Positions 18,323 through 27,369 of a stretch of DNA of 64,000 nt are shown piece after piece. The position numbers and the translations under genes were made by a program. The notes under the pieces were generated by a model that was given only the letters and a program-made list of their open reading frames with translations, was not told the origin of the DNA and searched no databases. Origin of the DNA: Candidatus Latescibacterota bacterium (GTDB lineage: Bacteria; Latescibacterota; UBA2968; UBA8231); assembly GCA_965242865.1 (NCBI GenBank), contig CBDETK010000013.1, positions 4,832,001 through 4,896,000 on the forward strand, written 5' to 3'. Position 1 is the first letter of the stretch, and each line of letters opens with the position of its first letter.

Positions 18323-18892
18323 CTATGAGCGGGCCAACAGGGCCTCGATATCCTCGCCAAATACCCCGCGGGGATTGGGCCGGCCGCTCCGGTCGCGCGG
18401 TACGCCCAAGTGCATCTTGTACACGCGGCCTTCGCGATCAAAAATAAAGGTGAGCGGTACGCCCATCCTCGCCAAACTTTTTTTGTAGAAGGCGCGGAGC
18501 AGCTCGTGTTGGCTGTCGTGAACCACCGGGTAGTTGATGGCCAAGCGCTCGACGAACTCGCCTATTAGGGGGAGGACGCGCTCGGTAGGGCCTTGATCGA
18601 TGGAAATGCCAATGATCGCCACCTGCTCGGAGTCGTACTCATTGCTCATCTCGACCAAGGCTGGAATCTCGTAGCGGCACGGGCCGCACCAAGTCGCCCA
18701 GAAGTTGACTAGGACTATTTTGCCCGCGTAATCGCGCAAATCCACGCGCTGGCCCTGATAGTCGTTCCACTCCGCAGTTTGCGGCGGGAAGAGCTGGTCC
18801 CCTTTCGGCTCGGGGGCGGGAGAACTACAGCCCAGCGCGAGGAGTGCCAATCCACTGAGCACCACGGTGTGCATAATGAGTCTCATATTCAA
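18323..18892 (-). CDS. TlpA/ResA-like thiol-disulfide oxidoreductase lipoprotein
   Basis: Lipobox LALGC and NFWATWCGPC. Confidence 0.9.
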   Translation of the reverse strand: MNMRLIMHTVVLSGLALLALGCSSPAPEPKGDQLFPPQTAEWNDYQGQRVDLRDYAGKIVLVNFWATWCGPCRYEIPALVEMSNEYDSEQVAIIGISIDQGPTERVLPLIGEFVERLAINYPVVHDSQHELLRAFYKKSLARMGVPLTFIFDREGRVYKMHLGVPRDRSGRPNPRGVFGEDIEALLARS

Positions 18893-21800
18893 TTGGAATT
18901 AGAATGAGAAAAGCCCACCGAGGCTTGCACCTTGGGCGTCAGCCGGGTGGCTCGGGGGCCGATCAGTTCCTCGATGCCGCGCAGCAAATCGTCGCAGGGA
19001 TCGACGCGAATGGTCTTTGAGCGCACCATTTTGTCTTGCTCGTCGCCGTTTTTGAGCTGGACCCACAGCTCGCAGGCCCCCAGGTGGCGGTCGCAGAGGT
19101 GGCGCAGCCGGCTGAGAAGGGGGTCGCCTGCGTTCTGGTAGGACAGCGACAAGGTGACGGACTGGGTCAGTTCGGCCCGCGCCGACTTGAGGGGGAGGGC
19201 GCGGTCGGCCTGTACATTCAGGCGTCCGTGCCGCTCGGAAACGCGGCCCTCGACGAGAATGGTTTCGCCCTCCACGAGCAGTTGTTGGTGGCTGGCGAAG
19301 GCTTCGGCGAAAAACGCGATGTCGCCCGTGCTGTTGAGGTCTTTGAGCGTGACAAAGGCAAAGGGGTTGCCCCGGCGGTCAAAGAGCTTGCGGACCTCCT
19401 CGACGAGACCGCCAACCCGCAGCGGCGCTCCGTTGCGCTGCCCCTCTATCTCGCTTAGAGGCTGGGCGAAGTTTTTTAGGTCGCGGGCGTAGGGCGCGAG
19501 CGGATGGCTGGACAGGTAGAACCCCAAGAGGTCGCGTTCCTTGGCCAGCTTTTCGCGCTCGGACCACTCCTCGACTTCGGGCAACTCCTGCACCAGCTCG
19601 ACCGAGCCGCCGGCGTCGAAGAGGCTAATCTGCCCCCGCTCGCGGTTTTCTTGGGCCTTGCCGGCGGCCTTTAAGGCCGACTCGAGCCCGTCCATTTGCT
19701 GGGCGCGATGCCCTTCGAGCCCGTCCAATGCTCCCGCCGCGATCAAGCTCTCGACCACGCGCCGGTTGACGGCCTGTAGGTCAATGCGCTCGCAAAATTC
19801 AAATAGGGTCGTAAAAGGGCCATCGGCAATCCGCGTATCGACCATGCTCTGCGCGGCCCCCTCGCCGACGTTTTTGACCGCGGCTAGGCCGTAGCGAATG
19901 CCCCCAGCGGTCGGCGTAAAGTTGAGCGTGCTTTCATTGACATCGGGGGGCAGGACCGGGACGCCCATGCGGCGACACTCATCCAAAAGCACGGTGAGTG
20001 TATCGGTGTTTTTGCGCGCTATCGTCAGGGAGGCCGCCATGTATTCCTTGGGATAGTGGGCCTTGAGGTACGCGTTTTTGTACGCGCCTTCGGCGTAGCA
20101 GGCCGCGTGCGACTTGTTGAAGGCGTAGCCGGCAAAAATCTCAATCTCGCCGAACAGCTTGTTGGCCAAGGCCCTTTCGACCTCGTGGGCGACGCAGCCG
20201 CCGACGAAGTCCTTTTTGACCTTGGCCATTTCCTCGGGCTTTTTCTTGCCCATGGCCTTCCGCAAGATGTCGGCTTGCCCGAGGGTGAAACCGGCCAGCT
20301 CTTGGGCGATGCGCATGACCTGCTCCTGATAGACCATAATGCCGTACGTTGGCTCCAAAATCGACTCCAACTTGGGGTGGTCGTAGGAGACGGCCTCTTG
20401 GCCGCGCTTGCGGGCGATGAAGGTCGGGATATTGTCCATCGGCCCCGGGCGGTAGAGGGCGTTCATGGCGATAATGTCTTCGATGTCGTCCGGCTTGAGC
20501 TTGCTCAAGTAGTCGCGCATCCCCGGGGACTCAAACTGGAAAACGCCGATCGTATCGCCGCGCCCAAACAGGTCGAACGTGGCCCGGTCATCCCACGGAA
20601 TGGCTTCCAAATCAAAGGCTGGCTCCTTGAGCTGAATCAGGCGCACGGCCTCATCGACCAGCGAAAGCTCCTTCAAGCCCAAGATGTCCATCTTGAGCAA
20701 GCCGATGTCCATGCAGGTCTCGCCGACGAACTGAGTGGTTATGGTCCCGTCTTTGGGGGCGCGATAGAGCGGCACGTAATTGGTCAGTTCGCCCGGGGCG
20801 ATGATGACGGCGCAGGCGTGAACTGAGGCGTGGCGCGCCATGCCTTCCAACCGGCGGGCGTATTCGACTAGCTTGCCCTCGTCGCCGGATGCTTCGGCGA
20901 GCTGCTGGAGCTCAGGCACCCGCTCAATGGCCGTGTCGAGGGTGATTTTCAGTTCGGCCGGCACCTGCTTGGCAATGCGATCGACCTCGCCAAAGGGCAG
21001 GCCCAAGACTCGCCCCACATCGCGCACGACCGCTTTGGCGCCCATCGTCCCAAACGTGATGACCTGCGAGACATTGTCCTTGCCGTACGTATCCACCACG
21101 TAGCGCAGCACCTCGTCGCGCCGGGTGTCGTCAAAGTCGATGTCGATGTCGGGCGGCTCAATGCGCTCGGGATTGAGGAAGCGCTCAAAGATCAGGTCGT
21201 ACTTGATGGGATCTACATTGGTAATGCCAAGGCAATACGAGGCCAAACAGCCCGCGGCCGAGCCGCGCCCCGGCCCCACGGAGATGCCCTGCTGGCGGGC
21301 GTAGTTGACCATATCCCAGACGATGAGGAAATAACCGGCAAAATCTTGGCTGGTGATGACGCTTAGCTCGTAGTCGAGCCGCTCTTGCACGGCCGGATCG
21401 ACCGTGCCGTAGCGCCGCTCCAGCCCCTCCTGCGCCAGTTGGGTCAGATAGTCGTCGCTGGAGGCGTAGCCCGTTGGGATGGGAAAATCCGGCATATAGG
21501 TCTTGCCGAATTCGAGCTCGACGTTGCACTTGTCGGCAATCTCGAGGGTCCGCTCCAGCGCGTCGGGCAAATCCGCAAACAGGGACCGCATCTCGTCCGG
21601 GCTCTTCATGTAGAGGCCGTCGGGATAGCACAGGCGATTTTTTTCGCCCACGGTCTTGCCGGTCTGGATGCAGATCAGGGCGTCGTGGGCCGCGTGGTCT
21701 GTGGCGTGGAGGAAGTGGAAGTCGTTGGTGGCCACCAGCGGCACCCCCAGCTTGCGATGCAGCTTGAGCAGGCCGTCGTTTACCTTGGCTTCCGGGTCGA

Positions 21801-22347
21801 TGTCGTGGCGCTGGATCTCCAAGTAGTAATCCTCGCCAAACAGGTCCATAAACTCGCGGGCGACCTTTTCGGCCGCGGCCATGCCCTCGCGCTGAATGAG
21901 ATGCGGAATCTCGCCGCCGATGCAGGCCGACATGCAGATTAGGCCCTCGGCGTGTTCGCGCAACAGCTCCTTGTCGATGCGGGGATTGTAGTAGTAGCCT
22001 TCGAGATAGCCCTTGGAGACCAGCTTGGTCAGATTGCGGTAGCCGGTGGCGTTTTTGGCCAGCAAAACTAGGTGGTTGGAAGCGTGCGTTAGGCCGCGGG
22101 CGGCTTGGCGCCGGTGGCGGCTATCAATCGCCACATAGACCTCGCAGCCGATGATGGGGTTAATGCCTGCGTCGCGGCAGGCCTTGTAGTGCTCGATGAC
22201 GCCGAAGAGGTTGCCGTGGTCGGTGAGTGCCAAGGCCGGCATGCCCTGTTCGGCCGCTAACTCGGCCATCTCGCCGATGCGACACGCTCCGTCGAGCAGG
22301 CTGTATTCGCTGTGACCGTGTAAATGGACGAAACCAGCCGAAGCCAT
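18889..22347 (-). CDS. dnaE: DNA polymerase III alpha subunit
   Basis: PHP domain FVHLHGHSEYSLLDG, GRGSAAG, PDIDIDF and YAFNKSH. RBS GGAGGTG before ATG 22347. Confidence 0.98.
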   Translation of the reverse strand: MASAGFVHLHGHSEYSLLDGACRIGEMAELAAEQGMPALALTDHGNLFGVIEHYKACRDAGINPIIGCEVYVAIDSRHRRQAARGLTHASNHLVLLAKNATGYRNLTKLVSKGYLEGYYYNPRIDKELLREHAEGLICMSACIGGEIPHLIQREGMAAAEKVAREFMDLFGEDYYLEIQRHDIDPEAKVNDGLLKLHRKLGVPLVATNDFHFLHATDHAAHDALICIQTGKTVGEKNRLCYPDGLYMKSPDEMRSLFADLPDALERTLEIADKCNVELEFGKTYMPDFPIPTGYASSDDYLTQLAQEGLERRYGTVDPAVQERLDYELSVITSQDFAGYFLIVWDMVNYARQQGISVGPGRGSAAGCLASYCLGITNVDPIKYDLIFERFLNPERIEPPDIDIDFDDTRRDEVLRYVVDTYGKDNVSQVITFGTMGAKAVVRDVGRVLGLPFGEVDRIAKQVPAELKITLDTAIERVPELQQLAEASGDEGKLVEYARRLEGMARHASVHACAVIIAPGELTNYVPLYRAPKDGTITTQFVGETCMDIGLLKMDILGLKELSLVDEAVRLIQLKEPAFDLEAIPWDDRATFDLFGRGDTIGVFQFESPGMRDYLSKLKPDDIEDIIAMNALYRPGPMDNIPTFIARKRGQEAVSYDHPKLESILEPTYGIMVYQEQVMRIAQELAGFTLGQADILRKAMGKKKPEEMAKVKKDFVGGCVAHEVERALANKLFGEIEIFAGYAFNKSHAACYAEGAYKNAYLKAHYPKEYMAASLTIARKNTDTLTVLLDECRRMGVPVLPPDVNESTLNFTPTAGGIRYGLAAVKNVGEGAAQSMVDTRIADGPFTTLFEFCERIDLQAVNRRVVESLIAAGALDGLEGHRAQQMDGLESALKAAGKAQENRERGQISLFDAGGSVELVQELPEVEEWSEREKLAKERDLLGFYLSSHPLAPYARDLKNFAQPLSEIEGQRNGAPLRVGGLVEEVRKLFDRRGNPFAFVTLKDLNSTGDIAFFAEAFASHQQLLVEGETILVEGRVSERHGRLNVQADRALPLKSARAELTQSVTLSLSYQNAGDPLLSRLRHLCDRHLGACELWVQLKNGDEQDKMVRSKTIRVDPCDDLLRGIEELIGPRATRLTPKVQASVGFSHSNSN

Positions 22348-22633
22348 GATCACCTCCGCTACCTGTATGCGTTAGAAAACTCTGGACTCGTTAGAAAGCA
22401 CGGCCGAACAACGGGCCAAATTGCCTTGGGGAAGGGCATCGCCTCTTGGGAAACATAGCCAATTCAACAGGGGCTGTCAATGACGTACCGCCGGGATTGT
22501 TGTTTTTATAAAATACTGTTATTATTTGACTTAACTTCAATCCAAAATTATTTGCGCCGCGGGCAGAACCGGCCGCAACTCGCGGCTGGGCCTAGACCGG
22601 CCTATCTTTGATTTTTTGCCGAGGAGACCTCTG

Positions 22634-22882
22634 ATGATTGACGAAGAGCTATTGGCGATTCTCGCCTGTCCCGAAACCAAAGAGCCGGTCGCCCTCGCCG
22701 AGGACGACCTCATTGCCGCGCTCAACAGCCGCATTGCGCGCGGCCAAGTCAAGAACCGGGCCGGCAAGACCGTAGAAGGCAAAATCGATGGCGGCCTAGT
22801 CCGTGCAGACGGCGCGTACCTCTACCCGATCCAAGACCAAATCCCCATCCTGCTCCTCGACGAGGCCATTCCGCTCCGCTAG
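22634..22882 (+). CDS. Trm112-family protein
   Basis: MIDEELLAILACPETK...YPIQDQIPILLLDEAI. RBS GAGGAG. Confidence 0.85.
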   Translation: MIDEELLAILACPETKEPVALAEDDLIAALNSRIARGQVKNRAGKTVEGKIDGGLVRADGAYLYPIQDQIPILLLDEAIPLR

Positions 22883-22885
22883 CAC

Positions 22886-22916
22886 AAAAAAAGGGACTGT
22901 ACCAGCGCACAGTCCC
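22886..22916 (-). terminator. Intrinsic terminator downstream of tRNA-Leu
   Basis: Stem GGGACTGT / ACAGTCCC with an A7 tract (U7 on the minus strand). Confidence 0.75.
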
Positions 22917-22930
22917 GTTGCAACGTTTAA

Positions 22931-23015
22931 TGGTGCCGAAGCGGGGATTCGAACCCCGACGCCCTAAGGCACTGCCCCCTCAAGACAGCGTGTCTACCAA
23001 TTTCACCACTTCGGC
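22931..23015 (-). tRNA. tRNA-Leu(GAG)
   Basis: GCCGAAGTGGTGAAATTGGTAGACACG CTGTC-TTGAGGG-GGCAG ... GTTCGAATC ... CCA. Long variable arm and the usual position after secG. Confidence 0.96.
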
Positions 23016-23033
23016 ACAAAAATTAGGCTGATG

Positions 23034-23393
23034 CTACGGCTCCTCGGCCGCCTCTTCCTTCCCGCCCAGCAGATGCTCTGCCTCCGGGATGGCGGGCACT
23101 GCGGGGGCCTGTTGCTCGGCCATGGTCCGTTGCGTCGCCGTCGTCGGAGTGGTCTCGGCCGTCTGAAAGGCCACCGACTGCACCAAACAACTCAGCATAA
23201 AGGCCGTGGCCAGCACGGTCGTAGCCTTGGTCAGAAACGTGGCAGCCGTGCGGCCACCCAACACCGAGGAAGAGGCCAACCCACCGCCGATCGAGCCGGC
23301 CAAGCCGCCGCCCTTGCCCGCCTGCAAGAGCACAGTGACGACTAGGAACAAGCAAATCAGCACGTGAAAAATCGTAAATAGAATTTCAATCAT
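23034..23393 (-). CDS. secG: Preprotein translocase subunit SecG
   Basis: VLLQAGKGGGL...FLTKAT, located after tpiA. Confidence 0.93.
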   Translation of the reverse strand: MIEILFTIFHVLICLFLVVTVLLQAGKGGGLAGSIGGGLASSSVLGGRTAATFLTKATTVLATAFMLSCLVQSVAFQTAETTPTTATQRTMAEQQAPAVPAIPEAEHLLGGKEEAAEEP

Positions 23394-23435
23394 GGTCTCG
23401 TTCTCGCGATGGGGGTTGCACTTATTGAGGTAAAT

Positions 23436-24194
23436 TTAAGGGTAAAGGGCGGTCTTCACAATAGCGGCAAACTGCGCGGCGTCTAGCGCGGCACCGCCGA
23501 TCAAGCCGCCGTCGATGTTGTCTTGGGCCAAGAGTTCGGCTGCGTTTTCGGGCTTGACGCTGCCGCCGTACAGAATTCGCACCTCGTCATTGGCCGCTGT
23601 TCCCAATCGCCCGGCGAGGAAGCGGCGGATCATCGCATGGACCTCCTCGGCTTGCGCGGCCGTGGCCGTCACCCCGGTGCCAATCGCCCAAACCGGCTCG
23701 TACGCCCACAGCACCGCGCGGGCCGCGCCGGCCTCAATTCCCGCGAGCGCACCGCCCACTTGGCCGAGGACGACCTCCTCGATGCGGCCCTCTTCGCGCT
23801 CCTGCAAGGTCTCGCCGACGCAGACTACTGGGCGCAGGCCGGCTTGGAGGGCGCGGGCTAGCTTGCGGTTGACCAGCAAGTCGTCCTCGCCGCAAAACTG
23901 CCTTCTCTCGGAGTGCCCGAGCAAGACGTGAGAGCAACCAGCCGCCAAGAGCATGTCGGCGGATATTTCGCCGGTGAACGCGCCCTGCCGCTCCGAGTGC
24001 ATGTTCTGGCCCCCCAGCCCAATGGCGCTGTCGGCAAGGGCCGTGCGGACGGCGGGCAGACTCGTAAACGGCGGACAGACGACCACTTCCACCGCGAGCT
24101 CGGCGACGAGGGGCTTGATCCCTTCGACCAGCTCGACGGCTTCCGCAGCGGTCTTGTGCATCTTCCAGTTGCCCGCGACCATGGGTCGGCGCAT
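23436..24194 (-). CDS. tpiA: Triosephosphate isomerase
   Basis: AGNWKM, GHSERR, YEPVWAIGTG and YGGSV. Confidence 0.98.
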   Translation of the reverse strand: MRRPMVAGNWKMHKTAAEAVELVEGIKPLVAELAVEVVVCPPFTSLPAVRTALADSAIGLGGQNMHSERQGAFTGEISADMLLAAGCSHVLLGHSERRQFCGEDDLLVNRKLARALQAGLRPVVCVGETLQEREEGRIEEVVLGQVGGALAGIEAGAARAVLWAYEPVWAIGTGVTATAAQAEEVHAMIRRFLAGRLGTAANDEVRILYGGSVKPENAAELLAQDNIDGGLIGGAALDAAQFAAIVKTALYP

Positions 24195-24195
24195 C

Positions 24196-25398
24196 TCAGA
24201 GCTCCTCGTCGTCCAAGACCGCCACCCCGGGCAAGACCCGCCCGCTCATGCACTCCAGCGAAGCCCCGCCCCCCGTAGAGATGTGGGTCATCGCTGGCGC
24301 CAAGCCGGCTTGGGCGATGGCCGCGGCCGTATCCCCCCCGCCAATAATGCTCAACGCGCCCGCGCTGGTGGCGGCCGCTAGGGCTTGAGCGACCTGTTGG
24401 GTCCCCTCCGCAAAGGGCGTCATCTCGCACACGCCGAGGGGGCCGTTCCACACGATGGTGCCGCCGCGGGCGATTTGGTCGGCATAGCACTGCCGGGTCT
24501 GGGGGCCGATGTCCATGCCCTGCCAACTGGGCGGTATGGCGTCGCGGACCACGACTTGCGCTCGGGCGTCGGCCGCAAAGCGGTCGGCCACCACGCAATC
24601 AACCGGCAGCCGGAGCTCCAACCCCTCGCGTTCGACTTGGGTCAACAACTGCCGGGCCGTATCTAGGCGGTCCGCTTCGAGCAGGGAATCCCCGATTTCT
24701 AGCCCCAGGGCCTTAAAAAAGGTATAGGCCATGCCGCCGCCGATGAGCAGGGCATCCACGCGGTTGAGCAAGTGCTCAATCAGCTCGATCTTGCCCGAAA
24801 TCTTGGCCCCGCCCAAAACCGCGGTAAAGGGCCGTTGCGGCCGGCGCAGTGCCTCGTCGAGATAGGAAATCTCCCGCTCCATCAGCAGGCCGCTGGCCCC
24901 CGCGCCCAGCCAGCGCGGCACCCCCTCGGTCGAAGCGTGGGCCCGGTGCGCGGCCCCAAAAGCGTCGTTGACGTACGCGTCGCCGAGTGCGGCCAAGTGC
25001 TGGGCAAAAGTCGGTTCGTTTTGCTCCTCTTGCGGGTGGAAGCGCACGTTTTCTAAGAGCAGGACCTGCCCCGGCTGCAGGGCCGCGGCTTGGGCCGCAA
25101 CCTCGGCCCCCACGCAGTCTGGGGCCAAGGCCACCGCGCGCTTCAACAACTGACTCAGACGCTCGGCTATCGGGGCCAGCGATAGCGCGGGCACTCGCTG
25201 GCCCCGAGGACGGCCCAAGTGCGACATGAGCAGTACAGAGGCCCCCTGCGCCAATAAGTGCTCGATGGTTGGCAGGGCGGCGCGAATTCGCGTGTCGTCG
25301 ACAATCTGGCCGGCCGGGTCGAGCGGCACGTTGAAATCCACTCGCACCAGCACCCGCTTGCCAGCGATGTCGAGGTTCCTGATGGTGCGCTTGGCCAT
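24196..25398 (-). CDS. pgk: Phosphoglycerate kinase
   Basis: RVDFNVP, SHLGRP, DAFGAAHRAHAS and STGGGA. Confidence 0.98.
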   Translation of the reverse strand: MAKRTIRNLDIAGKRVLVRVDFNVPLDPAGQIVDDTRIRAALPTIEHLLAQGASVLLMSHLGRPRGQRVPALSLAPIAERLSQLLKRAVALAPDCVGAEVAAQAAALQPGQVLLLENVRFHPQEEQNEPTFAQHLAALGDAYVNDAFGAAHRAHASTEGVPRWLGAGASGLLMEREISYLDEALRRPQRPFTAVLGGAKISGKIELIEHLLNRVDALLIGGGMAYTFFKALGLEIGDSLLEADRLDTARQLLTQVEREGLELRLPVDCVVADRFAADARAQVVVRDAIPPSWQGMDIGPQTRQCYADQIARGGTIVWNGPLGVCEMTPFAEGTQQVAQALAAATSAGALSIIGGGDTAAAIAQAGLAPAMTHISTGGGASLECMSGRVLPGVAVLDDEEL

Positions 25399-25402
25399 GG
25401 AT

Positions 25403-26455
25403 TTAACCGAAGAATACCGTGGCGAGGTCGTACAGCTCTTGGTCGACCACCTTGATCTGATCGACCGCCTCGGCCAGTGGGATCGCCACGATTTCGTTGC
25501 CTTGCAGGCTCACCATCTTGCCGAAGTCGCCAGCGTGAACCAAGTCGATGGCGGCAATGCCAAAGCGCGTACCCAAAACCCGGTCGAAGGCCGTGGGCGT
25601 TCCGCCGCGCTGCAAGTGCCCCAGCACCGTGACCCGGGTCTCGTAGCTCGTCGCCTGCTCCACTGCGTTGGCGACGAGCTGGCCGATGCCGCCCAGCTTG
25701 ACGTGGCCGAACTCGTCGCGCCCCCCTTCGGAGACCACGTATTCGTCCGCCCCGCCTTCCTCGGAGACGAGCTGGGCCCCCTCAGCCACGACCACGATCG
25801 AAAAGTCCTTGCCGCGCTCGTGTCGCTTGCGGATGGTGCTGACCACTTCCTCAATGGTGTATTTCTGCTCGGGGATGAGAATCATGTCGGCGCCCCCGGC
25901 CAAGCCCGCGTGCAGGGCGATCCAACCGCTATGCCGGCCCATGACCTCGACGACCATCACTCGATTGTGCGATTCGGCCGTGGTGTGAATTCGGTCGATG
26001 GCCTCGGTGACGATGTTGACGGCCGTGTCAAAGCCAAACGTGTAGTCCGTGCCGCTCAGGTCGTTGTCGATGGTCTTGGGCACTCCCACGACCGGGACGC
26101 CCAAGCTCGCGAGCTTGTTGGTCACCCCCAGCGTGTCCTCGCCGCCGATGGCCACGAGCGCGTCCAACTTCATCCGCCGCATGTTATCGACGACAATTTC
26201 GCCGCCGTCTTCTTGTTTGAACGGGTTGGTGCGCGATGTGCCGAGGATGGTGCCGCCCTTGGGCAAAATGCCAGAAATCTCTCCCAGTCCCAAGGGATCC
26301 CAGTCGCACTCCATCATCCCTTTCCAGCCCTTGAGAATGCCGCGAAAGCGGTATCGGTATGCGGTAATGCCCTTGCGCACCACAGCGCGAATGACGGCGT
26401 TGAGGCCCGGACAATCGCCGCCGCCGGTCAATATGCCGATCGTCTTTTCGGCCAT
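25403..26455 (-). CDS. pfkA: 6-phosphofructokinase (group III; PPi-type signature)
   Basis: TGGGDCPGLN, GGEDT, PKTIDND, MGR and LGHLQRGG. Confidence 0.93.
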   Translation of the reverse strand: MAEKTIGILTGGGDCPGLNAVIRAVVRKGITAYRYRFRGILKGWKGMMECDWDPLGLGEISGILPKGGTILGTSRTNPFKQEDGGEIVVDNMRRMKLDALVAIGGEDTLGVTNKLASLGVPVVGVPKTIDNDLSGTDYTFGFDTAVNIVTEAIDRIHTTAESHNRVMVVEVMGRHSGWIALHAGLAGGADMILIPEQKYTIEEVVSTIRKRHERGKDFSIVVVAEGAQLVSEEGGADEYVVSEGGRDEFGHVKLGGIGQLVANAVEQATSYETRVTVLGHLQRGGTPTAFDRVLGTRFGIAAIDLVHAGDFGKMVSLQGNEIVAIPLAEAVDQIKVVDQELYDLATVFFG

Positions 26456-26524
26456 ATTTGGACTCCTTGGCTCGTGGCCAACGCTGATTGCAGCTTGAAG
26501 TATGGGGGGGTTCAAAGAGGGCTA

Positions 26525-26553
26525 AATGTAGGTGCTTATTATAATTAGGTCAA
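26525..26553 (-). promoter_or_regulatory. Sigma70-type promoter candidate for the pfk-pgk-tpi operon
   Basis: Minus strand TTGACC-N17-TACATT in an AT-rich patch. Confidence 0.55.
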
Positions 26554-27213
26554 TAGATCGCCCGCGCCCGAGCGCGCCAAGACAACAGCCCATAAGCGGT
26601 TGTCGCCCACGGCGTGGGCACAAGCCGCCATGGTCTCACCGGTCGTCCACACGTCGTCCACTAGCCCGATGCGGGCGTTGGCGGGCGGCGCGGTCAGGCG
26701 GGCAAACGCACCGCAGAGGTTGGCGCGGCGTTCCTCGGCCGACAGGAGGGCTTGCTGCCGAGTATTCCGCTGCCGGCGCACGATCCCGTGGTACACGGGA
26801 ATGCCGAGGGCAACGCCCAACCCCGCGGCGATTTCCGCGCTCTGGTTGAACCCGCGCTCCCGCAACCGGGCCGGGTGCAAGGGCACGGGCACCAAGCAAT
26901 CGAGCGGAGCGAGTTGCTCGGCCAAGCACTGCCCCATGCGCTCGCCCAACGCCCGCCCGAGCCGCGCTTGGTTGTGAAATTTGAGCGCGTAAATGGCCTG
27001 TTGCAGCGCGCCGGTGAACGGCCCCAACGCGACGACCTGTTCAAACGCGCGGCCGCCGGCCTCGGCGCGAGGCTGCGGAGGGTGCGGCTCAATCGCCGCC
27101 CAGCACGACCGACAGAGCAGGGCCGCGGCCTCGATGTCCGCTTGGCAAACCGCGCAGTGCGGCGGATAGGCAAAGTCCAACAGGGCGCGGCCCCACGTCC
27201 GTAGTGTTTCCAT
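26545..27213 (-). CDS. comF: ComF-family protein
   Basis: CAVC...CRSC zinc ribbon, PVPLH, ERGFNQS and LVDDVWTTGET. Confidence 0.88.
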   Translation of the reverse strand: METLRTWGRALLDFAYPPHCAVCQADIEAAALLCRSCWAAIEPHPPQPRAEAGGRAFEQVVALGPFTGALQQAIYALKFHNQARLGRALGERMGQCLAEQLAPLDCLVPVPLHPARLRERGFNQSAEIAAGLGVALGIPVYHGIVRRQRNTRQQALLSAEERRANLCGAFARLTAPPANARIGLVDDVWTTGETMAACAHAVGDNRLWAVVLARSGAGDLLT

Positions 27214-27369
27214 TTTGCCCGCTCTCGTTACCCAAAGACTACGCTCTGGGCAGCCTGCCTGCATTGCGTATAACCCAGAAAAAAACGTGCCAAACCAACT
27301 TGCCATCGTTTGTTCCTTTTTCGTATTTCCACCCAACTCACACTCCCAACACCCAACAGAGGATCGATT

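Noticed and set aside
22354-22633. AT-rich intergenic region near dnaE with a CGTTAGAAA direct repeat as an origin or operator
   Set aside because: No DnaA boxes seen. Two 9-mers are insufficient evidence, and divergent promoters explain the region.
25226-26548. Long antisense ORFs (e.g. 440 aa opposite pfk, 392 aa at 31529-32707)
   Set aside because: These are typical high-GC shadow ORFs opposite well-supported genes.
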